64,000 nt of DNA from Ministeria vibrans ATCC 50519. Its lineage: Eukaryota; Protista; Filasterea. The position numbers and the translations under genes were made by a program. Under the pieces are notes generated by a model. It saw nothing but the letters and a program-made list of their open reading frames with translations, did no database searches and was not told the DNA's origin. Shown piece after piece: positions 24,146 to 41,253 of this stretch; the stretch's first letter is position 1; each line of letters opens with the position of its first letter. The DNA is taken from the NCBI GenBank assembly GCA_943704425.1, contig CALSCP010001507.1, forward strand, positions 1-64,000, given 5' to 3'.

Positions 24146-25217
24146 ATGCTCTTTGCACGCGCATCGTATGTCCGTCGCGACTACGATGCTGCAGCCCAGC
24201 AGGCGGTGTGCGCCCTCAAACGCGCCGACAGGGACGGCGACAAGGACGATGCTGCCGAACTGTTGATTCGCGCTCGTCTCGCTGCCTCTGCCCTTTCTGA
24301 CGGCCCTGTCGACCTTCCTTCGACCACAACCACTGTTTTGCTTGATGTACAACGCGAGTGCAACGGGGCGCTTCCGCCGCGAACGCTTCTCTTGGCGTAA
24401 GAAGACAGACATTGGAATTTGAAGAGCGCATCGTTTAACGCTTGTGGTGTGTAGAATGCGACTTTGTCTGAGAACGGCCGATGTGGCTCGCACAACCGCA
24501 CTGCTGCTGTACAACAATACACTTGAGGCGTATGGCGAGGGCGTGTCGGTGCCCCCGCGTGAGCTTGCGGCTGCCACAGAGCTGGTTGCACTTCATGTTC
24601 TGACTTGTGTCAAGGACGCAAAACGACTCTTGGCGCGCGATACGACGCTCAGTGCTGCCCATCGATCAGTAAGAGAGACAAAGAGGGATGAGGAGGGGGG
24701 TTAAAAGAAACATTGCGGTCGAGAGAGTGAGAGAGTGAGAGAGGTGATACATTTTGTGTGTTTGGTATCTTACCTTTCTGTATCTCTCATGCTTTCTTTC
24801 CTTTGTCATCACTGTCGAGAGAGAGAAGGAGAGAAAGAGAGAGTGTGTGTGTGCGTGTCAAATGACGAAAAAAGGCTAAACCGAACCGTACCACAGAAAT
24901 GCATTGAGGTTCTGGACGAACGAGGCAGTGGGACAGACGAACAGAGCAAAGCGCAAAGAGATACACACGACGAGCACAACACAAAAGACGAAGGAGCAGC
25001 AGCAGCAGCGCAAGACGACGCACCGAGTCAGTGGGAGCGAGTACGAATGCTCTGGACACACACGGTGGCAGCAGTAGTGGGGCAGAGAGTGCTAGTGGGC
25101 AACGCAAAGCGCACTGTGCCGCTGACTCTGCTGGCGCTTGTGCTGCTTCTGGTGTTCTGGCGCATTCGTCGTGCGTTGCGCAGGGAACTCCGTCTGGTGG
25201 CCACTGCGCTTTTGTAA
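24146..25217 (+). CDS. Tail-anchored protein, possibly PEX26/APEM9-like peroxin
   Basis: N-terminal VRRDYDAA..A..A helix, LPPRTLLL, ELVALHVL segments, C-terminal TM LTLLALVLLLVFW plus basic tail; resembles the PEX26 layout (recall, not searched). Confidence 0.45.
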
Positions 25218-25575
25218 ATGCATCAGCACAGGGTGCTGATAACACTATTTGTATTGTATTTGAATTTTGTAACAACAACAAACATGAATTTGTTTTTCGA
25301 CCATTCTCATGGAATGAAAGAAGTCCAATCATCCACTGACGAAGTGACATACGTATCCGATTCTTTAAATTAAAACATCAAATCCACATTGTCTGTATAA
25401 CTGTATTATGTGTCAATAAATTCATTCATTCTACTCGTCTCGTCTAATCGTGTACTCTCTCTCAATCTTAAAAAATTTGTGATTCTTCGTTCTTGTGATC
25501 TTTGTGACTTAAGACTTTGTCTATTAATTAATCTTTTTTTCGTCGTCCCCTCGTTCCCAGCTACTCGTTTTCAGC

Positions 25576-26035
25576 ATGGGCTGGAAACCATCGCATGGGC
25601 TGCGGCGATTCGGGCGCTACGGCTTTCCCTTTCTCATTTCCATTGTGGGTGCATCGTTCGCTCTTGCTGAGTTTACCGAGAGCCGCTACATCTATTCGAG
25701 CCGACAGGTCCAGCAGGTTAGTGTGCTGCTTGAGGATAGCGATGGAAGAGGCGTCTCTGTGCGCACAGGGGAGCGCACAGTCGTCGAGAGTGCGAAGTAA
25801 CACTTTTCTCTGCTGTAGATTGACGACAACGATCTGGCAGCGATCAAGTTCAAGAGGAAACCCTTTGACTTGGAAGCAGCCTGCGAGGTGAGCGCGAAGA
25901 AGGCGAGAATTGAGTGTTGTTGAGCTGATTGGGAGGTTTGAGAGGGGTTAGGAGGCGAAACGGACGGCGGATGCGATGGACTGGGAGCAGAAGCGCCTGC
26001 TGCATCCCGGCGAGGACAAGTCTCCTTCCAGCTAG
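25576..26035 (+). CDS. COX16: Cytochrome c oxidase assembly factor COX16, 3 exons
   Basis: RYGFPFLISIVGASFALAEFTESRY...FDLE...DWEQKRL. Confidence 0.85.
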
Positions 26036-26396
26036 CGATGTGTACCCCGTGGGCTGGGAAGTTTCCTTCTAGCGAGCTCAAGTTGGTTATTTTTATTGCT
26101 CTGTACAGTATAATATCATCTTTCCGTCGAAGTGTCTCTTCTGGACGGTGTCCATCACAGAGACTGCATTGCTAGCCTCTTGTGGAATCAGAATGGAAAA
26201 GAGGGTACAGGTAGTCGACTCAATGGGCAGTCCATAGGGCAATGAGCACAGAACGCTTTGATCCAGCGAACGAACGAACCCACGTACAGATGTTGAGGTT
26301 TTTCGAAGATGAACAGATCAAAAACTTTTCTTGCACACACGCACAAGAGTCATAAACAAAATATTGTTTTATTTGTACAACATCCACGTTACATCG

Positions 26397-27266
26397 TTAC
26401 GCCTTCTTCGCTGCAAGCGCATCAACCAGCTCCGATTTCTCGGCAAGACCAAGAGCAGAAACGCCGTGTGCGGCCATGAGAGCCTTGAGGGCCTTGATGG
26501 GCATGGCGCTAAGCTCGTCGCGCGACGGAATGGGCTCGAGGGGCACCGCACTGCTAGTGAGCGCACTTGCAATGGCCTTGTTCATCTGTGGGTCGCCGGG
26601 ATGGCCTGTAAACACCACTGTGCCACTGGCGTCAATGACAAAGGCCGTCGGAATGCCCCGTGCGCGCGACGGCACCATCAGCAGTCCATGTAGCGTCTCG
26701 TCTTCATCCGACAGCATCGTATAGTCCAACTGGGTGCGACTGAGCTTCTTCACAAAGGGCCCTGCGACACTCTCCGGCTCGCTCGTCACCCCAATGAACT
26801 TCACCTGACGCTTCTTGTCACGGTAGTCCCGCTGCAGCTGGCTAATGTGCGGGATGGACTGGCGGCACGGCGGACACCACGTCGCCCAGAACTCAACGAC
26901 CACAACGCCCTAAAGTGTGTGTGTGTGTGGAAGTGAAGTGCGCGAGTCAGTGAGTGCGACGAGACTCAAAAAACGCCGACATCACACCACAGCAAACCTG
27001 TACCCCCATCGTCTCGCGAGTCCACCTGCAACGCATGCTATCATCCGATAGAACGTCTTGAGCCAGACAGATCCGGCCAAAACAGCCTCTTCTCCCCTCC
27101 ATGGACGGGTCGAGAACCCCAACATGGCACAATACCCTTTTCTTTTATCGCCGCAATCTCTTACCCCTTTAATTGGAATGCCGTCGCTCTTCTTCCAGTC
27201 GCCTTGGTGCAGGATCGTCGCCGACGACGTTAGTGTGACATTGTTCAGCTTAGTACCAACGCTCAT
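26397..27266 (-). CDS. TlpA/redoxin-type thioredoxin with C-terminal helix-extension-helix (SAP/HeH-like) domain
   Basis: VVVEFWATWCPPCRQSIPHI...GIPTAFVID..G.VVF.GHP; tail ELSAMPIKALKALMAAHGVSALGLAEKSELVDAL. Confidence 0.85.
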
Positions 27267-27526
27267 TGTTGAGAGAAGAGAAAAATTATGAAAATAATGA
27301 ATAAAATAATATAATATAAATGATTAAAAAAAGTTATCAAAATCAACGTTTCAGTTTCGCTGCGTCATGCTCATCTAAACAAACACTCAGTCTACTCTGT
27401 GAACACTCAGTTACTCACTGTCTCACCCAGCTCTTTTACACTTCTCTGGCTGTGTCTTTGAGTGGTCACTGAAATCTGAATATTATTTCGTAATTCTATT
27501 TCTTCCTTATCTACCGCCCCCCCTCA

Positions 27527-28932
27527 ATGATGAAACTCGCACACCCACTGGTCGTTGCCCTCCTTGTGGCCACGGTCTCGGTTGGCGCGCGCCCTCTCGT
27601 TGTGGACATTGGCGACAATATCGTAAGCTTTGTTCACCAGGAGCAACTTCACGAGTTCCTCGCGACGGAGCGGCTCTCTGTGCTTGCCCACGTCTTCAGC
27701 GAGCGCTTCAGCCTTGTGGACGCGCGTTTGTCGGCGCGCATCAGCGTCAATTCGACGTTGGGAGCTTCTTTGCGTTCGGGTCGTCGTCTGATCAACATTG
27801 CCGCGTCCACTTCGGACGAGCTCGAGCTTGTTGTGCGACGTCTTGCTGCGTCCCCGGACCACCGTTCAGACTACGCGTCGTTGGCGGCCGTCGCGGCGCC
27901 TGCCGATGCGTGCACTTGCGCCACGGGACGCGCGACCATTTCCTCCACCAAATCAGCCCCGTCAGCCACACTCGCGCTGCAGGACATCGCCGGCGAGACA
28001 TGGGCCATTGTTGCCTCGGAGGGCAAGCTCAACACGACCAAGTTTGGCTCGGGCATTCGCACGTCGCTTGGCTCGGATGGCACGCAGTGGATCAACGGCT
28101 CTGTCGTGTCCACCGCATCGCTCACGGGCGCCCGCCTGAGCGTCTCAAGCGACGCCAGTGTCCAGGGCAAGCTTTCGGTTGGCGGTGGTCTCTCGGCGAC
28201 GGGCGATGTGTCGCTTACCGGCGGCAACGTGAATGCACAGGCGATTTCGGTGGCTGACGCTACGGTCGCGCACGACCTCATTGTCACAGGCAAAACAACC
28301 CTGGGCGAAGTGGACATTCAGGGGGGCACTGCAACGACGCTCACGGCGCACACTCTTGCTTCGACAACACAGACGACAGCGACACTTGCAGCGACCACGT
28401 CTGTCAAGGCGCCAGCCGTGTGTGCTGGTGCGCGCTGTCTCAACACACTCTCGCTCAAGGCATCCACCTACCACGTCAGCGGAGGCGACCCCAAGACTCA
28501 CGATCTGGGCACTCACCTCCTCTGTACCATTTCTGAAGTTCACCCTCACGGTTGGACTGTTTTTGACATTGTAAGCTTCTTTTTTTGTTTGTGTGTGTGT
28601 GTTTTGACAAGTATGTTCTCGATCAATCATTCTCCATTTCATTCACCCTTCTTCGCACATATTACTCGCACCTATTACTCTTTGTCCAACTTCTATTAAC
28701 TCAGTGAACTAACGCTTTTAGTTTTGTATCTCTCTATCTGTTTCTCTTGATCAATCCACTGGCAATCTATTTCTCTCTCTTCCACTTTTGATTTTTTTCG
28801 TATCTCTCTTACTCTATGTTTTATTCATTCGCACCCTAGGAACTGACTGGCGCTCCCGACCAGGACTGGAGCATTAAGACGTCGTCGCCGCAGGGCGACT
28901 CTGCAATTATGTGCTTTGACTGGTCAATGTAA
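27527..28932 (+). CDS. Secreted fibre-like protein (exons 27527-28570 and 28840-28932)
   Basis: Signal peptide; Gly/small-residue beta-repeats (GKLSVGGGLSATGDVSLTGGNVNA); VCAGARCL; C-terminal HDLGTHLLCTISE...AIMCFDWSM*. Confidence 0.65.
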
Positions 28933-29118
28933 ACCTGTCCTTTTTTAATATTATGATATGGGTCTTTGTATTCTTCAGCTTAGCATAGAACGAGGAAAGA
29001 GAGACACAAACAGAGTAAAACAGGGGGAAAGAAAGTATCAGAAAGGGCGAGGGGGGAGGGGAGAGAGAGAGAGAGAAACAAAAGGGAAACAAGAGAACAC
29101 ACACCAAAAATAGAAGAG

Positions 29119-32729
<3,611 letters not shown>

Positions 32730-33118
32730 TGCCAGAGGAATCCACAAAAAAAAATAGGTTTTTATTTGTATTATTGATTTTGCTTCCATCCGTACTCTGT
32801 GCTTACTCTGGTGGCGATCGGAGGGGAAGGGCAACCGCAGGATCGCCGCGGCGGAAATACTGCTGCAGGGGGACGAGCACACTGCGCTCAGGGGAATCCC
32901 TGAGCAGCGATACGGGGCGGAGGGGGAGAGTGTGAGAGGGAGAACCCGATGTAGGTCGACGGAGATGTATAAGGAGACTATAATAATAGTGTATACTATT
33001 ATTAATATTCTTCTAGTGCACCGACTGTATTCCTCTTGTTCTTAAATTTGTACAAGTGCAAGTCTATCAGAAAGACCATTCAACAAAAGTTAAAACGGTC
33101 GCAAAAGAAATATAAATA

Positions 33119-34396
<1,278 letters not shown>

Positions 34397-34618
34397 GACT
34401 TTCGTAAAAAGGTAAAAGACAACTGACAAATCGTCAACGGTCAAATTACTTATTGGTGAAAATAATTGGTATTACTTTTTTGGTGATCCGCGATCGTGAG
34501 AAGAGTAAGGAGGACTTTGGAAGATTACGTTTTGTCAAACATAATTTTTCTGTATCATGGAAATGGTTGTATTCTTATTATTATTATTATTATTATTTAT
34601 TATGATAAAAAAAGGTGT

Positions 34619-36183
34619 TTACTTGCGCTTGTGAGCGCGAAGAGACTCGTCAATCTTGCTCCAGATGGTTTCGGGGGCATTTTTGCCCATGACAAAGTCC
34701 ATATGGCCATAATCAAACTCGGTGGCCCACACAATGCGCTCTTTCGGGATAAGCGGAAGGTACTTGAGGGTGGTCGACAGGGGACACAGATGATCGTACT
34801 TGCCGTACGCCACAATAACATCCGTGCCCAGCACACCCAGGTCGTACACGGGCGGGGTCGACTGGCCGTAGTGTACGGTGTTGGCTGCGGCTGTGCCATA
34901 GTCAAACATGGCAAATCCACTGTTGGTCTGTGCCCAGTGTGCGTTGTTCTGGACCGATGTATAAGCGGGCCAGTGCGTCAGAAACACCGGCTAAGTCGGT
35001 AAGATACACAGCATTAGAGACAATTATAATATATTATTTTGTTATCGGAGTACGAGTCTTGAGGCGTTGAAGTTGGAGGGGCTTTCGCAGCCAGTGAGAA
35101 GACAGAGCGCACTGGCGCAGAGGGAAGGATCCGCCTCGCACGCGACGGGCGACCATGTGTTGTTCTGCGTCATGCCCAAGCCGCCGTTACAGCAGCCGGG
35201 CCAGTCGTCGGTGCACTTGGGGCACCCAATGCTCTGCACTGTCGTCGTGTCGTTGGGTGGAGGAGAAGGCGGCGGAAATGCTGGTCCGCCCAGCGAGACA
35301 AACACGTCAACTTGCTTGGCAAGGGAGGGGTACGCCGTAAACGACGCATACCCAATCGTACCCCCTTGTGAGTGACCAAACATCGCTTTAATCGTAGCCA
35401 CACCAGTGACCTGTAAATGGAGAAGGAAGAGAGAAAGACATAACGTGAGATGAAATTCGACCCCACGGGCTGTCCCATCCCGGAATATCGTCGGACGACG
35501 GTTTCCAAAGCACAAGAGGAGAAAGAATAGAGAGAGAGAGAAAGGCACAGAAATGATACCAAGAATCAACAAAGAGAACAAGACAATGCACAGCAAAACC
35601 TTGTGACAAGAAGAACAACTCAACAGACGCACTAATTAGACCGCTACTGCCTACACAACGCTACCTGTCGAATGTGGCTGATGGCTGCCTTGACGTCGTA
35701 CTGCGCCATTTCGTCCCATGACCACGCCCAAAAGGCCGGATCAGACGGCTTCAATGACACATGGCGTGGTTCGGGGCGCGCACGAGAGTTTACAAGCCAC
35801 ACGTCGTAGCCTGCGGTCGGAAAGAGAGACTTGACGCCCACCACACACACACAATGAGAAACAACATTCGTACCTCTGTCCGCAAAGTAGTAGGGAATGG
35901 TGGTAAGATAGTCGGTCACCCAGATGCCTGTCTGGCACACAAGACCGTGCTGGAGGTAAATGGCGGGCCGTGGAGCGGCTGGCACGGTCTCATTGGCGCC
36001 GTGCGGAATGCGCTGGACACTCAAAATGAACCCGTCGTCCGTCACGACATCATACTCCTCGCATGGATACCCCTTGTCTCTGATGATCTCCGCAGTGCTT
36101 CGGTAGGCGTCGGCCGGCAGCTCGGCGCGTGCGAGCGCGACCAGCGTCAGCGCAACGAAAGTACAGAGAGACGCAAGTTTCAT
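34619..36183 (-). CDS. Acid lipase (LIPA/gastric lipase family), secreted, multi-exon
   Basis: [41 protein letters not shown], catalytic GHSQG, GKYD and YGHMDF. Confidence 0.9.
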
Positions 36184-36249
36184 AAGAACAATTACTCAAC
36201 AATATTAATCTGATCATAATTTAGGTTTTGAAATTCAAATTTCAATGAA

Positions 36250-37015
36250 TTAAACATTGGAGGGAGGCGCGTAGGCAGCGGGTGCCACGGGGTCGTTGTA
36301 GTGGGAGGCACCGCTGGAGTCGCCCGCACCGCCGTCCTTGTGGTCGCGGTAGTCCTTGAAGCTGAACCAGCACTGGAAGCCCCAGCAAATCCAGTTGCCA
36401 AAGCCAAACACAATAGCCGCCGTGAAGCCTGAGCAACTAAGCAACTTGTATGTTGCATCGCCAGCGAAAATGGCGGACGCGAGCAGGAAAAAGAAGCAAA
36501 AGACTCCGCTCACAATAAGATCCTACACAAAGACACAGGAGATTCGCTCGCTGGATGAGTCTCTCTCTCTCGCTCGCTCTCAAACACCCCCCTCACGCGT
36601 ACAATCAGGTAGAACTGGCCCGGCAGCTTGTCCTCCGACGTCGCCATCAGCACAACAAACGCAAGACAGTACAGAAACGCCATAACACCCGTCGCAATCA
36701 GAAAATCGCCCTTCGATTTGAAGTCGCCGCTACTGCCATCGCTCCAGCTAGTCCCATTGCACCCAGCGGCAACCAGGGCAAACGCGAGAATCGCAAGGAG
36801 CTGTAGAAAAAGAAGAAAATTACTAAAACTTTCCCACACGCTATACGCCATTGTGAGGGAGGACTGCCCACTCATGCTTGCGGGGGGGCGAGTGTGCACA
36901 AGCGCAAGGAGAAGTGCATCGAAGCGCAGGCTCGCCTGGGTGAGAGCGTCGTTCGTACGATTTCCAGCAGTTTGATGAACCCCTTGGGCTCCTTCATGAA
37001 GTCAAAATTCACCAT
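36250..37015 (-). CDS. MARVEL-domain tetraspan protein, synaptophysin-like, 3 exons
   Basis: MKEPKGFIKLLEILLAILAFA, DFLIATGVMAFLYCL, IVFGFGNWICWGFQCWFSFKD; four hydrophobic segments. Confidence 0.75.
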
Positions 37016-37203
37016 GGCAAGCGCTAATGTCCAATGTTTTCAAGGTCAGGCGCGACTGGTAACTGACAAAGAGTGAAAAATTTGAATCTGATGTGATTTT
37101 CAGATTTTGTCATTTTGATCGCACTTATTAATTTATTAAATTTATTCGTGTCCGTCAAGGCCGGCCCTCCCTCTCACCCAGTCGCCTGTGTGACGTGTGT
37201 GTG

Positions 37204-38381
37204 ATGGAGTACACGCCCAGTCCGCCTGAGGCTGCTAATCCAGTTGAGAGCGAACAGGCTGATCATCAGGTAAACAGTTTCACACAGTTTTCTCAAATGG
37301 TTCTCCCATTGACTCTTGTGACAGGAACAAGCGCGCCCGTCGGAGAGAAGATGTCTCAGGTGGGATAAAGTCCACGTTCATCACTTGAAAGTGCTCAACC
37401 GGGCCGACAGCGAGGTAGGTCGACCATGCAATGGCGTGCGACGCATCGTCAACACTCCGCTCGCTTCCAACAGACGGGCCACTACCAACTGGGCCTCGAC
37501 TGGACCTCCGTGGCGAACGAACTCCACTCGGTGGGCTCGTGGGAAGCACTGCGGTCAGAACAGGGGCGAATAGAGCGCGGCAAAGTGGGACATCGAGTCG
37601 CAGACCAACTGTTGGCGGAACGGGGCGCTGTGAAGCTGTTGCAAGCGGAACGCGACGCAGCCGCCGACCAACTTCCAGACATCCACCACTGGCACATCAA
37701 AGCGGACGGACTCATCTACCAGCGAAACGGCGAGCACAGCAGTCAGGTTGTCAGATTTGAGGGACGCATTGTACAGACATCGCGCGGCTCAAGCTACCGA
37801 GTAAGTCATCCTCACCCTCACCCCATCCCTAACCCTGTTGTCCTGCAGGTCGGCGAACTTGACCCTGACATTATGACTGCCTTGAGTGCAGTTGGAGCAC
37901 CCTTCGACCCAGAGACTCCCTTTGCCAGTCTCGAGGCACTCCTCTATGCCGAGCGCATCGTCTACGGTGCCGCAGCGGAGCCCTCCCGTCGCGTTGTGGA
38001 CGCCCTTCACGATCTCTACAGCGCCATCGAGTATCACAAACAAACACCCTACAAAATTGTTGTCGTTCACCAACTGACTTCCTTTTTCTTTTTCTAAATA
38101 GCAAGCCCACACTGACCGACCACCACTTTGCGTCACTCTTCACCATCCTCCACCAACTCGGCATTGTTATCCCGTCCGTCATTCTACCCCCAATTGATTC
38201 TTCCGCCCAAGACATTGCCATGCAGCAGCAACGCCAACAACCACCCGACGAGCAGCCCCTCTCTCACACACACTCGCCCGAGCACAGACAGCGCCCTGCG
38301 CGACCACCTCCACCTCTCATCCATCAACATGCCGTTGACAATTCCTCGACTGCCGCTGAAGCTTCTCTTGCCACTCTGTAA
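37204..38381 (+). CDS. Hypothetical protein with a possible SANTA-like domain, multi-exon
   Basis: GT-AG exons; segment IHHWHI..DGLIY...HSSQVVRFEGRIVQTSRGSSYR|VGELD. Confidence 0.5.
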
Positions 38382-38603
38382 ACAATCGCCACTCTTCTCT
38401 CTCTATCTATCTATTAGTTGTTTTTTTTTCTCTTCTCTCTCTCACTTGTTTTTTTCTCTCTTCTCTTCTCCATCTATAACTAATTGTTTTTTTCTCTACC
38501 CCCCTTTTTGTCACAGTCTATCACTGTTTTCTTTTCTCCCTCTTTTTATCACTTTGTTTCTTTCTTCTCTTTCTCTTGTGTAAATATACTGCTTTTGTTT
38601 TTA

Positions 38604-41128
38604 CTACGCCCACTTCCACTTTGAAAACAGTTTTGACTGTGCGAGCACTTCTTTGAGAGTAAGGCCGTAAAAGGAACAAGCAAGAAGGAAACAGATCCAC
38701 AGAGCAAAGAAGAGCGAAAGACGAAGCAGAAAAGAGACGCGAGACTCGAGAGACTAAGAGAAGAATAGACAAAGGAATGCAAAGTGAGCGGCTGAGATGC
38801 GACTGAGAAGTGACCATACTGTGATTCTAAGCGTGATTGCGTGGAGCGTCTTCAGGAGAATTGCGTCTTTCTCTTCGGGCGAGGGTGGATGGTTAGAGGG
38901 AGCGCTGCCAGAGGGTGACGAAGCAGAGGAGGAGGATGCAGAGAAGGATGCGGAGTGAGGCTCAGGAGAGGAGGATGAGGCTGAGACTGTGTGAGTGGGA
39001 AGGGGCTGGCCTGGGAAGTGACACCGCATCTTGTGCGACACTGCTCCACTGCGAGGAACAGAAAGAGAACGTATGTGTGAGTGGCGTTGTGTACAGTGAG
39101 TGAGTTCAAGTGAGAGTGATATAGAGTCCTTCAGTTGAGTGTGTGAGGGGTTGTGGCCGTGAGTAAATAAACGCGCGTGCTTACGTTGGATTTGACCAGA
39201 GTGGTGGAAGGTTTGTGCGTTGGGATTCACTCTGGAGCATAAAGCACTTGATGAGAAACTTGTCCTTCCACTCGAGCATTTGCGCATCATCTTCAGTCTA
39301 TAATAAAGCCACAGAGAGAATATAAGAATAAGAGAAAGAAAAAGGCATACAGGGAGTCCATGACATTCAGTGGGACCCAACACTGGAACAAGGAAAGAGT
39401 ACAGACACACAGAAACAGAGAGTACAGCTAAAAGCGGAAGAGAGAGGGAGACACACACAGACACACATACCACAGCGACCACAATGGATGTCGTCTCGCC
39501 CATTCCAACTGCCCCAATCGCCTGTGGCTTGACGCTGTATCGCGAAGGATTGGTCGTTTGCACTTTGAACGTCACCGTGCCACTCGATACATTCGTCAGT
39601 TGAAACGTCGCCTGAATGAAACACACAAATCACACACAATAGGGTTATGTCTACCAGAATCGATAAGACTAGAAACCGTACTGAAAGAGTCGAAGCAGAG
39701 CGCTTGAAGTGAAGAAGATCCTTTGCGGGAGAGAGGCGCAAGAGTGCATCAAAGTCAGCAGAGTTTGCAGGAGAAACGGAGTGGGACACAAGAGAAGAGC
39801 GCACAGGCGAGACCGCATCAAATGTCACTTTCTTGTCGCTTGTGCCGGTGTTGGCACTCGTTCCCCCACGCGCCTGCTGTTGTTGCTGTTGTTTCTTGGT
39901 GCGTGCAGTGCGTTCAAGTTCCGCCGAGTCAAACTGAGGAGGACCCGGCTCAAAACAGACTTCGGAAAGCGACTCAATGGCGGGAAAGCAGCCCGTTGTA
40001 AACGCATAGACATACGCGTCAGAGCCACCGCACTCGGCGAGAACTTGGTCCCGCGGAATGTACTCTTGCAGTTCCTTCTGCATATCGACAATGAAATGAA
40101 TTGTTAGTCCTCACTCACCCATAGCACCCACGCCGTTACTACACAAAGTACACCAGTCGAACGAACCTTATTGACAAACTTGATCTTGGCAATGGCGCGC
40201 TGGTCGAGCCACGCACTGATGATACGCCATGCTGCGTTAAGCACCCATGGCATGTCCAAAATCAGCAGCCGGTGCAGCAGTCCCACATAGTGCAGTTTGA
40301 ATGCCTTGATGAAAAACTTGACAAAGTCCAAGTCGAGATTCGAAATCCCTACACACACACACACACACACACACAAAGACAAAGACCACACCATCCCATT
40401 ATCTCTAATTTCCTCATTGCAACTCGTATGCTCGTTATATAAGTTTACCTGCCCCTTGCATGTCCCAAATCACCACAATGTCCTCCACTGGTGGCTTCAG
40501 CTGACGCTCCACAAGCTCCAGAGCCAGCACGAACCCACGCACACAGTCTGCACAATTGTAGGCCGGCGACTTGCGATGGCGCTTCACGTGAAAGTAGAAC
40601 ACCGGTCGCCCCTGTACATCCAGACCACGCACGTGTAATGACGCTACATGAGAATCGTATGTGTCAGACGGGACGTGACATTTGTGGACGTTTCTCAACT
40701 GACATGTCTTTAGCAGCTCCGCCGGCACCGACGCCTCGCTCAGGCCCTCCACGCCGTACTCGCGACGCCACTTAAGCGAGGTCTTTAACAGTGCCAGGGC
40801 GTCGTCGACCGAGTCTGGCTTGGCGCTGCACGGACAAGACGAAAAAAAGGGAAATCATGCGCGGTGCCTTCTACCCCCATTCACGCCTCTCGCTCCCTCT
40901 CCCGCCGCCCACCCCGGCCCCCATTCATTTCACTCGTACTCGATGTATCGTTTCAGAAAGAAGTCCTGCTCGCGCACCCGACGAATGTCCCGTTCATAGT
41001 ACGCGTCCGTCTCAAGCGCACTCAGAAACTTCGCACGCAACTGCGCCACCTTATCGCTCTGTAACAGACAAAACACCCCATCAGTCTGGCTCGCCCTCAC
41101 TCCTCCGCGATGATTCGATCCTCACCAT
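38604..41128 (-). CDS. MOSPD2: MOSPD2-like protein (CRAL-TRIO + MSP domain + C-terminal TM)
   Basis: VVIWDMQGAGISNLDLDFVKF..LLILDMPWVLNAAWRIISAWL; MSP LTNVSSGTVTFKVQTTNPSRYSVKP, DKFLI; final exon TM LSLFFALWICFLLACSFY. Confidence 0.85.
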
Positions 41129-41253
41129 GAAAAATCGACGGGGTGGACTCACTGACTGATGAAAATGTAAAGTAGTAAAATGTAAACCACTAGTCTGATA
41201 AATAAAGAATCGAGAAATTATTTTTCGAAAAGTCCAAACTCAAAATAAATTTG

